Origin: a virus
Taxonomy: Duplodnaviria; Caudoviricetes
Virus record (IMG/VR): IMGVR_UViG_2974528942_000001
Span: 11,381 to 75,380 of that record
Reading direction: 5' to 3' (one strand)
Length of the DNA: 64,000 nucleotides
Position numbers and translations under genes: made by a program. The notes below the pieces were generated by a model. That model made no database searches and was not told where the DNA came from. It was given only the letters and a program-made list of their open reading frames with translations. Below are positions 47,043-55,140 of this stretch, in pieces; within the stretch, counting starts at the first letter, position 1; each line of letters opens with the position of its first letter.

Positions 47043-47162
47043 TTACCTCCCATTCTTTAGCTTATCTTCAGCATGCATTGCCCAGAGGATAGAGCCAACG
47101 CAGATGCCGCCAACAACAAGACCCCACGCAGCGGCAATGCATATGGCGATCAGTGTGTTCAA
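47043..47162 (-). CDS. Small membrane protein (39 aa)
   Basis: TTG start with GGAGG RBS, directly under the 47.2-kb promoter. Confidence 0.6.
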   Translation of the reverse strand: MNTLIAICIAAAWGLVVGGICVGSILWAMHAEDKLKNGR

Positions 47163-47185
47163 TCTCTGCCTCCGTTGTTTCGTAC

Positions 47186-47215
47186 ATGGTACCATACGGT
47201 ACGCGCGGGTGTCAA
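47186..47215 (-). promoter_or_regulatory. SigA-type promoter TTGACA-18-TGG.TACCAT
   Basis: -35 at 47210-47215, -10 at 47186-47191. Confidence 0.8.
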
Positions 47216-47382
47216 TCCGATGACTTGCTCTCGCGTATGGCATCTGCGAGATCGAGGATAGCCACTGCAACAGCAGTGGTTGCGGTGGCGGTGGCTCGGT
47301 CTACAGCCCGATCGTAGTTGGCCGTGCGATCTTCGGCAGAGCGGATGAGTCGCTCGGCTCGTACTCGATTGGCGCCCTTCAC
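47212..47382 (-). CDS. Small helical hypothetical protein (56 aa)
   Basis: GTGA coupling. Confidence 0.55.
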   Translation of the reverse strand: MKGANRVRAERLIRSAEDRTANYDRAVDRATATATTAVAVAILDLADAIRESKSSD

Positions 47383-47531
47383 TGCTGCTCCGTTCCTGGA
47401 TGGTTGGTGTGCTCGTTGCAGTGCTCGGTGATGGTGACATCGAGCTCTGTGTAGTCGTACATGTCTCGGGCATCGACCTCGCCCTTGCATCCACACTCGG
47501 CAACGAAGTCACCGAAGAAGTTAACTGCCAT
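47379..47531 (-). CDS. Small hypothetical protein (50 aa; ECGC...HC..H)
   Basis: Fills the gap with overlaps at both ends. Confidence 0.5.
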   Translation of the reverse strand: MAVNFFGDFVAECGCKGEVDARDMYDYTELDVTITEHCNEHTNHPGTEQQ

Positions 47532-48282
47532 CGAGCTTCGCCGCCTCGTGGTCGTACTGATCGGAGCTGATCTTTAGGATCGACATGATCGTCTCCTTCG
47601 GAAAGTTGCCGTGCATCTTCTTGATGGCGGCGAGGTCGGACTCCTTGAGTGCCTTGAACTTGCCGGTCTTGGGGTCGGCAGCCGGGCCAGTCGGTGGGCG
47701 CTTGGGCTTGCGCTGCTTGGGTGGCTCGCCCATGTACACCTCGCCGGCACTGATCGCACGACCTCGCTCGATCTGCTCATCGGTGCGGCAGCCGGGTGTC
47801 TGTGCGTAGTCGAGCTCGCCTCGGTTCATGCGGTAGCGCTTGCGTGCCCACTGCGCTACGGCTTTGACGTCGGGGAAGTGACTGAGCGGAGACACCAGCC
47901 AGATGGAGTAGGCCAGGCCCTGGGCCTCGCCCTGCATCCTGATGTATCCATCGACGAGCTTCTGTCCCTGGCCGGTGTCGTCGGGCTCGGACCACTCTTC
48001 GATGTTGGACTTGTTCTCGATCAGATACTTGGTTATCTGATCGAGCTTGGCCCACATCGCTTCCATCGGGGGCAGTCCGTTCGGGTCGTTCAAAGGTCCC
48101 TCCTCGATCTTGTATGGGCAGGTAAGACTCTGGTGTCGGGTACGCTCAGCGTATGCACCCTCTTTGCTGCGATGGAAGGTACGCCAGTGGCACCCTGCAA
48201 CACCGCACTCGTATGTGTACTTTTCCCGACCCTCGTTCTCGGGGAGATCGAGGGTCGGGAAAATCTCAGGCCAGCCGGACAC
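47521..48282 (-). CDS. Hypothetical protein (253 aa), N-terminal C..C...H..C and possible C-terminal HTH
   Basis: Long ORF with phage-like codon usage, coupled to neighbours. Confidence 0.7.
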   Translation of the reverse strand: MSGWPEIFPTLDLPENEGREKYTYECGVAGCHWRTFHRSKEGAYAERTRHQSLTCPYKIEEGPLNDPNGLPPMEAMWAKLDQITKYLIENKSNIEEWSEPDDTGQGQKLVDGYIRMQGEAQGLAYSIWLVSPLSHFPDVKAVAQWARKRYRMNRGELDYAQTPGCRTDEQIERGRAISAGEVYMGEPPKQRKPKRPPTGPAADPKTGKFKALKESDLAAIKKMHGNFPKETIMSILKISSDQYDHEAAKLDGS

Positions 48283-48710
48283 TAGCCGTCGTCTCGGTTG
48301 AGGCGCTTGATGTAGTCCTGATACTCGTTCTCTGTCATGGGCATGCCGTGAAGAGTTCGAGTCTTCGGCTCCTTGTCCGTCTCGGGGGTGGCGTCGTCGA
48401 CCTTCTTGATCGTCGCCTCCGAGTCAGTGACCACAGCCGGAGCCATGCCGTAGTTGAAGGCGGCATCCACTCCGGTGGGAACCTTGCTGGACACACCGCC
48501 GACGTTGCGCGCCACGTGCTGGAACAGGTTGAGGTAGCCGGTGTTGCTGCCGACCAGGAAGTTGGCGAGTGCATCCTTCACGTCTTGCGGAATGTCGTTT
48601 GCGCTGATGCCCCCCTCGGGTTCGGTGGCGCGGCCGACCTCGATGCGCCACGTGCCGCTCATGTACACCACGTCGGTGACCTTGGGCTGGAAGGCGGGAA
48701 TGTCTGTCAT
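48282..48710 (-). CDS. Hypothetical protein (142 aa)
   Basis: TGATG overlap; strong codon bias. Confidence 0.7.
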   Translation of the reverse strand: MTDIPAFQPKVTDVVYMSGTWRIEVGRATEPEGGISANDIPQDVKDALANFLVGSNTGYLNLFQHVARNVGGVSSKVPTGVDAAFNYGMAPAVVTDSEATIKKVDDATPETDKEPKTRTLHGMPMTENEYQDYIKRLNRDDG

Positions 48711-48961
48711 CAGAAAACTCCTGGGGGTTTCGTGTTCTCGGTGTTGCAGTGCCATTTGCCTGCGGCGTCGGCTTCCTGTGTGGTGCGAAGGGCCATCGAA
48801 AACCATCCACACTTGCACTGTGCCATCGGGAGCCGGTACTCACCCCGCCCATCACGTTCATTGAGGGGCGGGGTGAGGCACAGCTCGTACTCATGAGCGG
48901 GACCACCGGGTGTGCCGATCGGCAACACCTCGATGATCTCGAACTCCGGCTCGTCGGACAT
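48710..48961 (-). CDS. Hypothetical Cys/His protein (83 aa)
   Basis: QCKCGW...KWH. Confidence 0.65.
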   Translation of the reverse strand: MSDEPEFEIIEVLPIGTPGGPAHEYELCLTPPLNERDGRGEYRLPMAQCKCGWFSMALRTTQEADAAGKWHCNTENTKPPGVF

Positions 48962-49281
48962 CAGTCCTCGGCGGGGGCTTCCGGCTCGGCGGGGGCCTCG
49001 GGCTCCGGGTCGTCGAAGTACGTCGGCCGCTCGTAGGTGTAGTCCGGGCCGTTGCTCGGCAGGTCACCCATGTTGATCGGCTCGCTGTTCGCGCCGCCTC
49101 CGATGTTGTCGCCGTTGGTGGAGATGATCGGCGGCGGGCAAGGTGCCGGGCCGGTCGGGGTCGAGATGGTGCAGGCGGTGCTGACGTACGCCGGTGCCGG
49201 GGTCGGGCTGGCGACGGCGATTGCCGGTGCTGCGAATGCGAGGGCTCCTGCTGCGAGCCCGAGTGCGATGCGCTTGATCAT
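48961..49281 (-). CDS. Secreted Pro-rich protein (signal peptide)
   Basis: MIKRIALGLAAGALAFAAPAIAVA/S signal; Cys pair. Confidence 0.75.
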   Translation of the reverse strand: MIKRIALGLAAGALAFAAPAIAVASPTPAPAYVSTACTISTPTGPAPCPPPIISTNGDNIGGGANSEPINMGDLPSNGPDYTYERPTYFDDPEPEAPAEPEAPAED

Positions 49282-49322
49282 TGTGTGTTCTCCTTCTTGT
49301 TGTTACTGCGGTGGTTGGTGAG

Positions 49323-49715
49323 TCAGTAGCAGCCGGTGAACGAGTAGTAGTCGCTCGTGTCCTCGGACTTGGCGACGAGGACTCCGTCGAGGTAGATGGC
49401 GCAGTACACGTAGCCGCCGTCCTCGTCGGTGATCCAGGTGCTGACGTACGAGACGTCGTCACCTGCGTTGAATGTCTGCCACCCACAGCTGCGAGTGCCG
49501 TCGCCGATGCGACCGGACAGTCGGAAGGTTCCGTCCTCGGTGCCGCCGTAGGCGTTGGTGTTCTCGATCTGCACGTCGGCCCCGCTGTCGGTGCACCAGA
49601 CGTACTTGACGTCGTCGTACTCGTCGACGCTGACTGCGGACGCTGTGCCTGCCGATGCGGCGAGGATGGCTGCGGCGCTGACACATGCGATGCCAGCCTT
49701 CTTGAGCATGTTCAT
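49323..49715 (-). CDS. Secreted protein with MmpS-like beta domain
   Basis: Signal peptide ending ASA/V; GGYVYCAIYLDGVLV...GC resembles the MmpS C-terminal pattern. Confidence 0.65.
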   Translation of the reverse strand: MNMLKKAGIACVSAAAILAASAGTASAVSVDEYDDVKYVWCTDSGADVQIENTNAYGGTEDGTFRLSGRIGDGTRSCGWQTFNAGDDVSYVSTWITDEDGGYVYCAIYLDGVLVAKSEDTSDYYSFTGCY

Positions 49716-49732
49716 TGAGTTCTCCTTGGTCT

Positions 49733-49741
49733 GTGGTACCA
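49733..49741 (-). promoter_or_regulatory. Extended -10 element TGG.TACCAC just upstream of the secreted-protein pair
   Basis: Same core as the other promoters but no good -35. Confidence 0.45.
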
Positions 49742-49755
49742 CGGTGTAGGTAGAA

Positions 49756-49785
49756 AACAGGCCCGGCCTAGTGACCGGGCCTGTT
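49756..49785 (-). terminator. Intrinsic terminator
   Basis: AACAGGCCCGG / CCGGGCCTGTT stem running into TTTT on the minus strand. Confidence 0.8.
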
Positions 49786-49810
49786 CAAAGCGACTACGAC
49801 TGTGACGCGG

Positions 49811-50257
49811 TCAGTCGTCGTCGCCGTCTTCGGACTCGCCGGCCTCGTCGTCGTCCTCTTCCGGCTTCGGCGGGGGGTCCGCATGGAAGTGACCGAGGGG
49901 CGAGTGGTCGAGGCTCTCGTGGAACTCGAACGCCGCCTCCGGGGTCATGGCGTCGATGTCGGCGAGCGGGTAGCCGTGGCGATCCACGAGGTGACGCTTG
50001 ATGTTGGTGATCGCGATGGGGTTGAGACGTCGGGGCTTGAGCTCGGCGACGGCCTCGGGTGCGAGCGCCGGGTTGCTGATCTGTGCGGTCGGAACCATGA
50101 CGCCGTTCGACTTGCCCTTGGGCTTGTAGAAGGTGAACTGTTCCGAGGTTGCCTCGATCGTGGCCTCGACCTGGACGGGCTCGGCGCCCTCCTCGGTGAG
50201 GGTGAACGAAACCTTGCGGCCGACGTACTCGTCGAGTTCTACTGTTGGTGCGGTCAT
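49811..50257 (-). CDS. Monocistronic two-domain protein: Sm/SH3-like barrel plus His-rich domain (148 aa)
   Basis: AAGGAGG RBS; own promoter and terminator; strong codon bias. Confidence 0.75.
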   Translation of the reverse strand: MTAPTVELDEYVGRKVSFTLTEEGAEPVQVEATIEATSEQFTFYKPKGKSNGVMVPTAQISNPALAPEAVAELKPRRLNPIAITNIKRHLVDRHGYPLADIDAMTPEAAFEFHESLDHSPLGHFHADPPPKPEEDDDEAGESEDGDDD

Positions 50258-50301
50258 TGTGCCTCCTTGGATTGGTGAGATGTTTTTGGTTGCTCCGTTG
50301 T

Positions 50302-50331
50302 ACGGTACCACACACGACAACCCGTGTGCAA
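50302..50331 (-). promoter_or_regulatory. SigA-type promoter TTGCAC-18-TGG.TACCGT
   Basis: -35 at 50326-50331, -10 at 50302-50307. Confidence 0.7.
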
Positions 50332-50344
50332 TACCCGTCCGTGA

Positions 50345-50425
50345 CTAACTTTTGCTATCGAGCCACATCATGAATCCAATGAGTGCTACAACAGCGAGTG
50401 CCACGATTGTGTCCTGCCAAGTCAT
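50345..50425 (-). CDS. 26-aa membrane peptide
   Basis: MTWQDTIVALAVVALIGFMMWLDSKS; ATGA overlap. Confidence 0.5.
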   Translation of the reverse strand: MTWQDTIVALAVVALIGFMMWLDSKS

Positions 50426-50895
50426 CGTAGAACCTCGAGCGAGTTGAGTCCGGCGAGACTGATGTACCGCATGAGCTCCGGCCAGGTGAAGCCGGACTCG
50501 GGATGATCCTCGAGGGTCGGGGCCACGAACCACTTGGCTGCATGCTGTCCGTTGTCGTCCGACATCAGAAGCGCTGCGCCGATGGCAACCGAGGGCACGG
50601 TCATGGCTCGCTCGACACCCTTCGAATCCTCGCCTTCGCGCACGAGATCGAAGGCCACCACCGCTGGGTAGATGCGGCCCTCCTCGAATCGAACCTGAGG
50701 CTCGAGTGCGTAGATCTCCTCGATGAGTGCGGTCTGCTGCTTGAGCAACGCCTCGTCGTCGGCGTCGCCGTCGGCCTCGACCCACGACTGCAGCTCCCGA
50801 GCCAGTCGCTTGCACTTGGCTTCGAGGAGCTGCGCTCGGGACAAGAACCCGAACCCCCCAGTGTTACGACGCTTCCGAGTTTTCTTTGTACTCAC
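50422..50895 (-). CDS. Hypothetical protein (157 aa)
   Basis: GAAGCGAGGG RBS; phage-like codon usage. Confidence 0.7.
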   Translation of the reverse strand: MSTKKTRKRRNTGGFGFLSRAQLLEAKCKRLARELQSWVEADGDADDEALLKQQTALIEEIYALEPQVRFEEGRIYPAVVAFDLVREGEDSKGVERAMTVPSVAIGAALLMSDDNGQHAAKWFVAPTLEDHPESGFTWPELMRYISLAGLNSLEVLR

Positions 50896-51025
50896 TCGCC
50901 CTCGCTTCTCTTGATAGGTGATGCCATCTCACTGACACTCTCGTGTTGCCTTCCGGCCTGGTGCAGGGCTGGTCACGCGGCGCGAAGCACGCCGGGCAGC
51001 TGACCTTACTGGCGTGTACTGCCAT
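50864..51025 (-). CDS. Small zinc-finger protein (53 aa)
   Basis: CPACFA..DQPC..P.G......HH..R; AGGAG RBS. Confidence 0.65.
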   Translation of the reverse strand: MAVHASKVSCPACFAPRDQPCTRPEGNTRVSVRWHHLSREARASEYKENSEAS

Positions 51026-51539
51026 CTGTCTCCTCGATTCGTCTGGTCTGGTTGCGATACTCGGGCGGCGGAAGCAGGCGCTCGTCTGTGGGGTCGACGC
51101 GCCTGGGCCAGGGCTTGATGCCAGGGCCTGTGATGGGGCCATTGATCGGGTAGCTTCCGATAGGCTTTGCTTCCTTTGCCTTGCGCCTGGCTATGATCCT
51201 TCGGCCACGTTTGTTCTTGCCCTGCTCGGTGTTCACTCGTTTGAGCCACTGCTTTGGGGTCTCGTCATACCAGCGACCGATCTCCTTTGGCCCCACCCAG
51301 ATGGTGTGCTCTGGTAGGCGATGGCCTCGCCGCAGATTGCACAGCATGTGGGTTGGTCTCAGGTTGTCCTTGCTATCGGTGCCTCCGAGAAACCTTGGTA
51401 TGTAGTGGTCAGCGTTGAAGTACCAATACCCACCCTTGAGTGTGTAGTCAATCTCCTCTCCGCATATCCAGCACGGCGGCTGAAGGATTCGACACTCGCG
51501 CTTGAAGCTCAGTATCGCCATGCGATCAACCGAAGCCAC
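51006..51539 (-). CDS. HNH endonuclease
   Basis: CWICG, ADHYIP...GG.D..DNLRPTH..CN..RG. Confidence 0.9.
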   Translation of the reverse strand: MASVDRMAILSFKRECRILQPPCWICGEEIDYTLKGGYWYFNADHYIPRFLGGTDSKDNLRPTHMLCNLRRGHRLPEHTIWVGPKEIGRWYDETPKQWLKRVNTEQGKNKRGRRIIARRKAKEAKPIGSYPINGPITGPGIKPWPRRVDPTDERLLPPPEYRNQTRRIEETDGSTRQ

Positions 51540-51813
51540 CGGTCTCCATCACCTTCAGTCGGACCTTGCCGCGCTGCGCCCGGTCGAGTCCGCCCTTGAT
51601 GTGGTACCCCTTGGGGTAGGTGTAGGTACGGTTCTTGATGAAGCCTGTACGACGCTCGATCAACGCACGCCGACGCAGCCCGCACCGCAGGCACCCGAGC
51701 GTTTCCCAGTAGCCCTCGGTGTTGAAGATGATGTCGCCTACTGCATCCCAGGCGTGGCCGTAGATACGACAGCGTGCGTGGTCATCGTCGAGGTTAACCT
51801 TACCGATCTTCAT
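51526..51813 (-). CDS. Zn-binding hypothetical protein (95 aa)
   Basis: CRIYGHAW...CLRCG; GGAGG RBS. Confidence 0.7.
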   Translation of the reverse strand: MKIGKVNLDDDHARCRIYGHAWDAVGDIIFNTEGYWETLGCLRCGLRRRALIERRTGFIKNRTYTYPKGYHIKGGLDRAQRGKVRLKVMETGGFG

Positions 51814-51817
51814 GTGT

Positions 51818-52162
51818 TCACCTCCATCTCCTGTGCTCTTCGTCCCACGTCTTGACCCCGGCGTCGGGGTAGTACAGGTAGGTCTCGTGTCGGTTCTCGT
51901 AGTCGTACTCGGCCGACACCACCTGACCCTGGCCGAGGATCACCAGCCCGGCGTTGCCCTGTGGCGTGGGTGGATACAGGTGTATGATGTTCAGCTCGGC
52001 GATGTTGAGATCATCCACATTTGCAGACTCGAGGACGATCTCGTAATCGTCCGGCACATCGGCGAGCGCGGCCTTCATCTCACCAACCGAAGCAGACCAC
52101 TTGTTGGACCACTTCATGTTCTCCGGATCATCGCCCACCGGTTCGGGCATGAACTTGCTCAT
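51818..52162 (-). CDS. Acidic hypothetical protein (114 aa)
   Basis: AAGGAGG RBS; TGATG overlap. Confidence 0.7.
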   Translation of the reverse strand: MSKFMPEPVGDDPENMKWSNKWSASVGEMKAALADVPDDYEIVLESANVDDLNIAELNIIHLYPPTPQGNAGLVILGQGQVVSAEYDYENRHETYLYYPDAGVKTWDEEHRRWR

Positions 52163-52374
52163 CAGTCCTCCTTGATCCTGACCCTAAAGTTCGGGAACCC
52201 TCGCTCCCGAGCGTAGATGTAGTCATCCCAGAATCCCTCGGCCTTTGCATAGGCCTCGATCTCTGGGATCGAAACGAACTGCGAGGTGTGGCAGTACCCG
52301 CACCCTCCCTGGAGGCACACCCCATCGGGGCCTGGCCAACAGATCTTCAGTGCGGTTACCTCTGCCTCTGCCAT
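52162..52374 (-). CDS. Cys-rich hypothetical protein (70 aa)
   Basis: C...C..GGCGYCH; AAGGAG RBS. Confidence 0.65.
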   Translation of the reverse strand: MAEAEVTALKICWPGPDGVCLQGGCGYCHTSQFVSIPEIEAYAKAEGFWDDYIYARERGFPNFRVRIKED

Positions 52375-52384
52375 GGTATTCTCC

Positions 52385-54412
52385 TTACCTCAATCGCTTG
52401 CCCAGGTGCTCAACCACAGTGCGGTAATCAGACGGACCATCCACCCGCACAGTCTCGAGTCCGTGCTTGGTGGGCGAGTCCGTGCCTGCGCCCACACCGA
52501 GCACCGTGTAGCGCTGGCGCTTGCACAACTCCAACTCGTCCTTGAGAATGTCGAGCTCTTCGTTGTAGTTGGAAGCGGGCATGGCTCCGTCGGTGTAGTA
52601 CATGATGATCTTCTCGGTGGCCTTGGCCTTGTCCGCACGGCTCCGGTAGAACCGGAGCGAGTGGCCGTCCAGGTTGCCCGACACTGCCGTCGCCCGGCGC
52701 AGTCGATCCTTCTGTGCGGTGGACCACGGCTCGTCGGCGGCCTTGATCTCGTAGAACGCAGCACCCATGCGTGCCTCGCTCCAGTACTCGTAGTCATCAC
52801 CGTCGAGGTCGTAGGTGGTGTGACCCCAGATCTCGAACGAGACATTGACACGAGAACACACGTCAGCCATGCCAAGCACGGCCATCTTGATGTTCTCGTA
52901 CGTGCGACCTGCGGTCGAACCACTCGAGTCCATGCCGATCACCACGTGGTAGCTGCGTGCATCCGGTCGTACCTTGGTAGCGAAGATGCGATCGTCACCG
53001 AAGGGCACGCGCTTAGCCAGTGACTTGCCATGCACCCGCCCGCTCCGCTGGTTGCGATGCTTCTCCACTCGTGCATTGAACCCGAAGGCGATGCGCGCCT
53101 GGTTGACTGACGCGCCGACGATTGACTCGGGAACCTTGAAGTTCTGCTTGTTGGTGACGTAGCTGCCGTAGTATCCCGACTCGGTCCACATCTCATCCTT
53201 GCTGTCACCCTCTCGGATGATCAAGGGCTGGGCCACGTTGATCGGCACGCTACCCAGCAGGGCCAGCGACTCGATGACCTTGGTCAGTTCTTCCTCGGTC
53301 TTGGCATCGGCGGGTGCGGCCTTGCCGTGGTGGTTACCACCTGCACCCCAGGCATCTTCGTCTTCTTCGTCGTCGTCGTCATCGTCACCACCTGCTGGCG
53401 CTTCGCCCTCATCCTCGCCGCCGGCCTGGGCCTTGCCCGTCTGGCGCTGCGGCGTGTCGTTAGCACCACCTGCACCATGCCCGATGAACTGGGCGAGGAA
53501 CTTCATGAGCTCCTTGAGCAGCTCGTCGAGCTCGTTGTCGTCAGCGTCGGCGTCGAACAGGCACAGGTCATTGTCGTTGGCGAACTTGAGTGCGCATGCG
53601 GCAGCGACCATGGTGTCGTAGACATCCCGAGCGTTGAGGAACTTGTCGAGGATCATCTCACCCTTGGGCGAGTCCACTAGCTCCACCACCTCAGGATCGA
53701 AGTGGTATTCGTACTCGACCCCGGTGGCTTTAACTAGAAAGATCAAGGAGATTTGCTTATCCTTGTCGAGGTCCGAGTACAACGTGAGGCCACCGTCGTT
53801 ACCCTCGATACCCTCGTTGATGATGCGGTCACCCCTGGCACGGAACTCGTCCTCCATCTCGGGGAACTCGTCGAACATCTTCTTGTTGCATCGGATGTCC
53901 TCGCCCATCAGCGTGAACGCCTGCAGCCAGGGGTGGCGCGCGAGGGACACGAACTTGAGGCTCGTGTCGTACGTGCCGATCTCGCTGAGGCCTTCGTGCA
54001 GACGTACGTAGAAGTCCCACGTGAGGAAGGTGCGCATGGTCGCGACTGCGTTAGCAGTGCGCTGGTTCTCCAGCTTCTCGAACGAGCCCATCATGCAGTG
54101 CCCGATCTCATGCTGCAGTGTAGCCATGATGAACTGCCGATCCGCACACGAGGGGCACAGGCTGGTACCCAGTGCGTCATAGACTCGGCACAGCGTGGGG
54201 CGATGGCGCTTAGTGTAGGCCAGCGACATCGGAGGTCGCAGCCAGATCGTGTCCCCGTCGGTCTGCGACTGTGACCCGACCGCCAGCTTGAGCTTCTTGT
54301 TGCCGGTCATGTCACGTGCGTAGACCTGCAACTGCGGCAGCATGCTACGCAGGTTGCCGATCGCCCGGTCGTAGCGGCTGTACTTGGCGGGGACGAACGA
54401 TGTCCTGGGCAC
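52385..54412 (-). CDS. VWA-domain protein (CobT/NorD-like) with N-terminal HExxH
   Basis: MIDAS DSSGS, GNLDG, YTDG; QHEIGH; acidic linker; GTG start with AAGGAGG RBS. Confidence 0.85.
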   Translation of the reverse strand: MPRTSFVPAKYSRYDRAIGNLRSMLPQLQVYARDMTGNKKLKLAVGSQSQTDGDTIWLRPPMSLAYTKRHRPTLCRVYDALGTSLCPSCADRQFIMATLQHEIGHCMMGSFEKLENQRTANAVATMRTFLTWDFYVRLHEGLSEIGTYDTSLKFVSLARHPWLQAFTLMGEDIRCNKKMFDEFPEMEDEFRARGDRIINEGIEGNDGGLTLYSDLDKDKQISLIFLVKATGVEYEYHFDPEVVELVDSPKGEMILDKFLNARDVYDTMVAAACALKFANDNDLCLFDADADDNELDELLKELMKFLAQFIGHGAGGANDTPQRQTGKAQAGGEDEGEAPAGGDDDDDDEEDEDAWGAGGNHHGKAAPADAKTEEELTKVIESLALLGSVPINVAQPLIIREGDSKDEMWTESGYYGSYVTNKQNFKVPESIVGASVNQARIAFGFNARVEKHRNQRSGRVHGKSLAKRVPFGDDRIFATKVRPDARSYHVVIGMDSSGSTAGRTYENIKMAVLGMADVCSRVNVSFEIWGHTTYDLDGDDYEYWSEARMGAAFYEIKAADEPWSTAQKDRLRRATAVSGNLDGHSLRFYRSRADKAKATEKIIMYYTDGAMPASNYNEELDILKDELELCKRQRYTVLGVGAGTDSPTKHGLETVRVDGPSDYRTVVEHLGKRLR

Positions 54413-54660
54413 TAGACCTCCTTGTGTTCGACGAACTCTCGACAGTTGCAATAGTAGTGGGAGCAGTAATGCTCGACTTCCTCGTCCTCGCTGTGGTCCA
54501 TCTTCTTGTGACCACACAGGCAGGGCCTGGTACTCTCTGCCATCATGCGTTCCCAGATCTCACGCAGCTCCGGATCAAGCCGCCGACCTATGGGATGATC
54601 GACGAGCTTGTTCCACTCTTCCTCGGTGATGCCCCGGTACTCGGTGTCCCACTCGGCCAT
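54412..54660 (-). CDS. Zn-binding hypothetical protein (82 aa)
   Basis: CLCGH...H...C...CNC. Confidence 0.7.
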   Translation of the reverse strand: MAEWDTEYRGITEEEWNKLVDHPIGRRLDPELREIWERMMAESTRPCLCGHKKMDHSEDEEVEHYCSHYYCNCREFVEHKEV

Positions 54661-54974
54661 CAGAACGGCATGCCATCCGACGAGGAGTTGAACACCATGC
54701 GATCCCTCAGGTCAATGGGAATGCGTGCTGCAACCCTGATCCAGAATGCATCACGATCGACAGCGATGATGTCGCCGCACGTCTCGTAAGCAAGGCGCCG
54801 ATCCTTATTCACTGTCATCAGCACCTCGACCATAAAGAAGCACTCGCCGCTGTTTACCTGGCGACGAAGGTTGCTGTAGTACCCGCTGTGCTTAACCAAC
54901 ACGGCGAGATCTTCGGGAGGTAGCACCACGAACTTGCGCTTCCTGATCGGCGGCGCAGGTGGTATGTCAGTCAC
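54660..54974 (-). CDS. Hypothetical protein (104 aa)
   Basis: GAGGGG RBS before GTG 54974. Confidence 0.6.
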   Translation of the reverse strand: MTDIPPAPPIRKRKFVVLPPEDLAVLVKHSGYYSNLRRQVNSGECFFMVEVLMTVNKDRRLAYETCGDIIAVDRDAFWIRVAARIPIDLRDRMVFNSSSDGMPF

Positions 54975-55140
54975 GACGGTGCCGCCCCTCGTAGTTGGGC
55001 CTGCACCCGGTGAGTACCGCTCGATACAGCAGCCTCGATGCGGCGACATGCTTGCCGTTTGCGTGGTCGCTGGAGTTGCCTGTGCACTTCTTGCGAGCCA
55101 GCATGATCTGAACCTGGACATTCTCCTGTGTGTCTCTCAT
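54967..55140 (-). CDS. Small basic hypothetical protein (57 aa)
   Basis: TGATG overlap with the ATPase stop; GAAGGAG RBS. Confidence 0.55.
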   Translation of the reverse strand: MRDTQENVQVQIMLARKKCTGNSSDHANGKHVAASRLLYRAVLTGCRPNYEGRHRRD

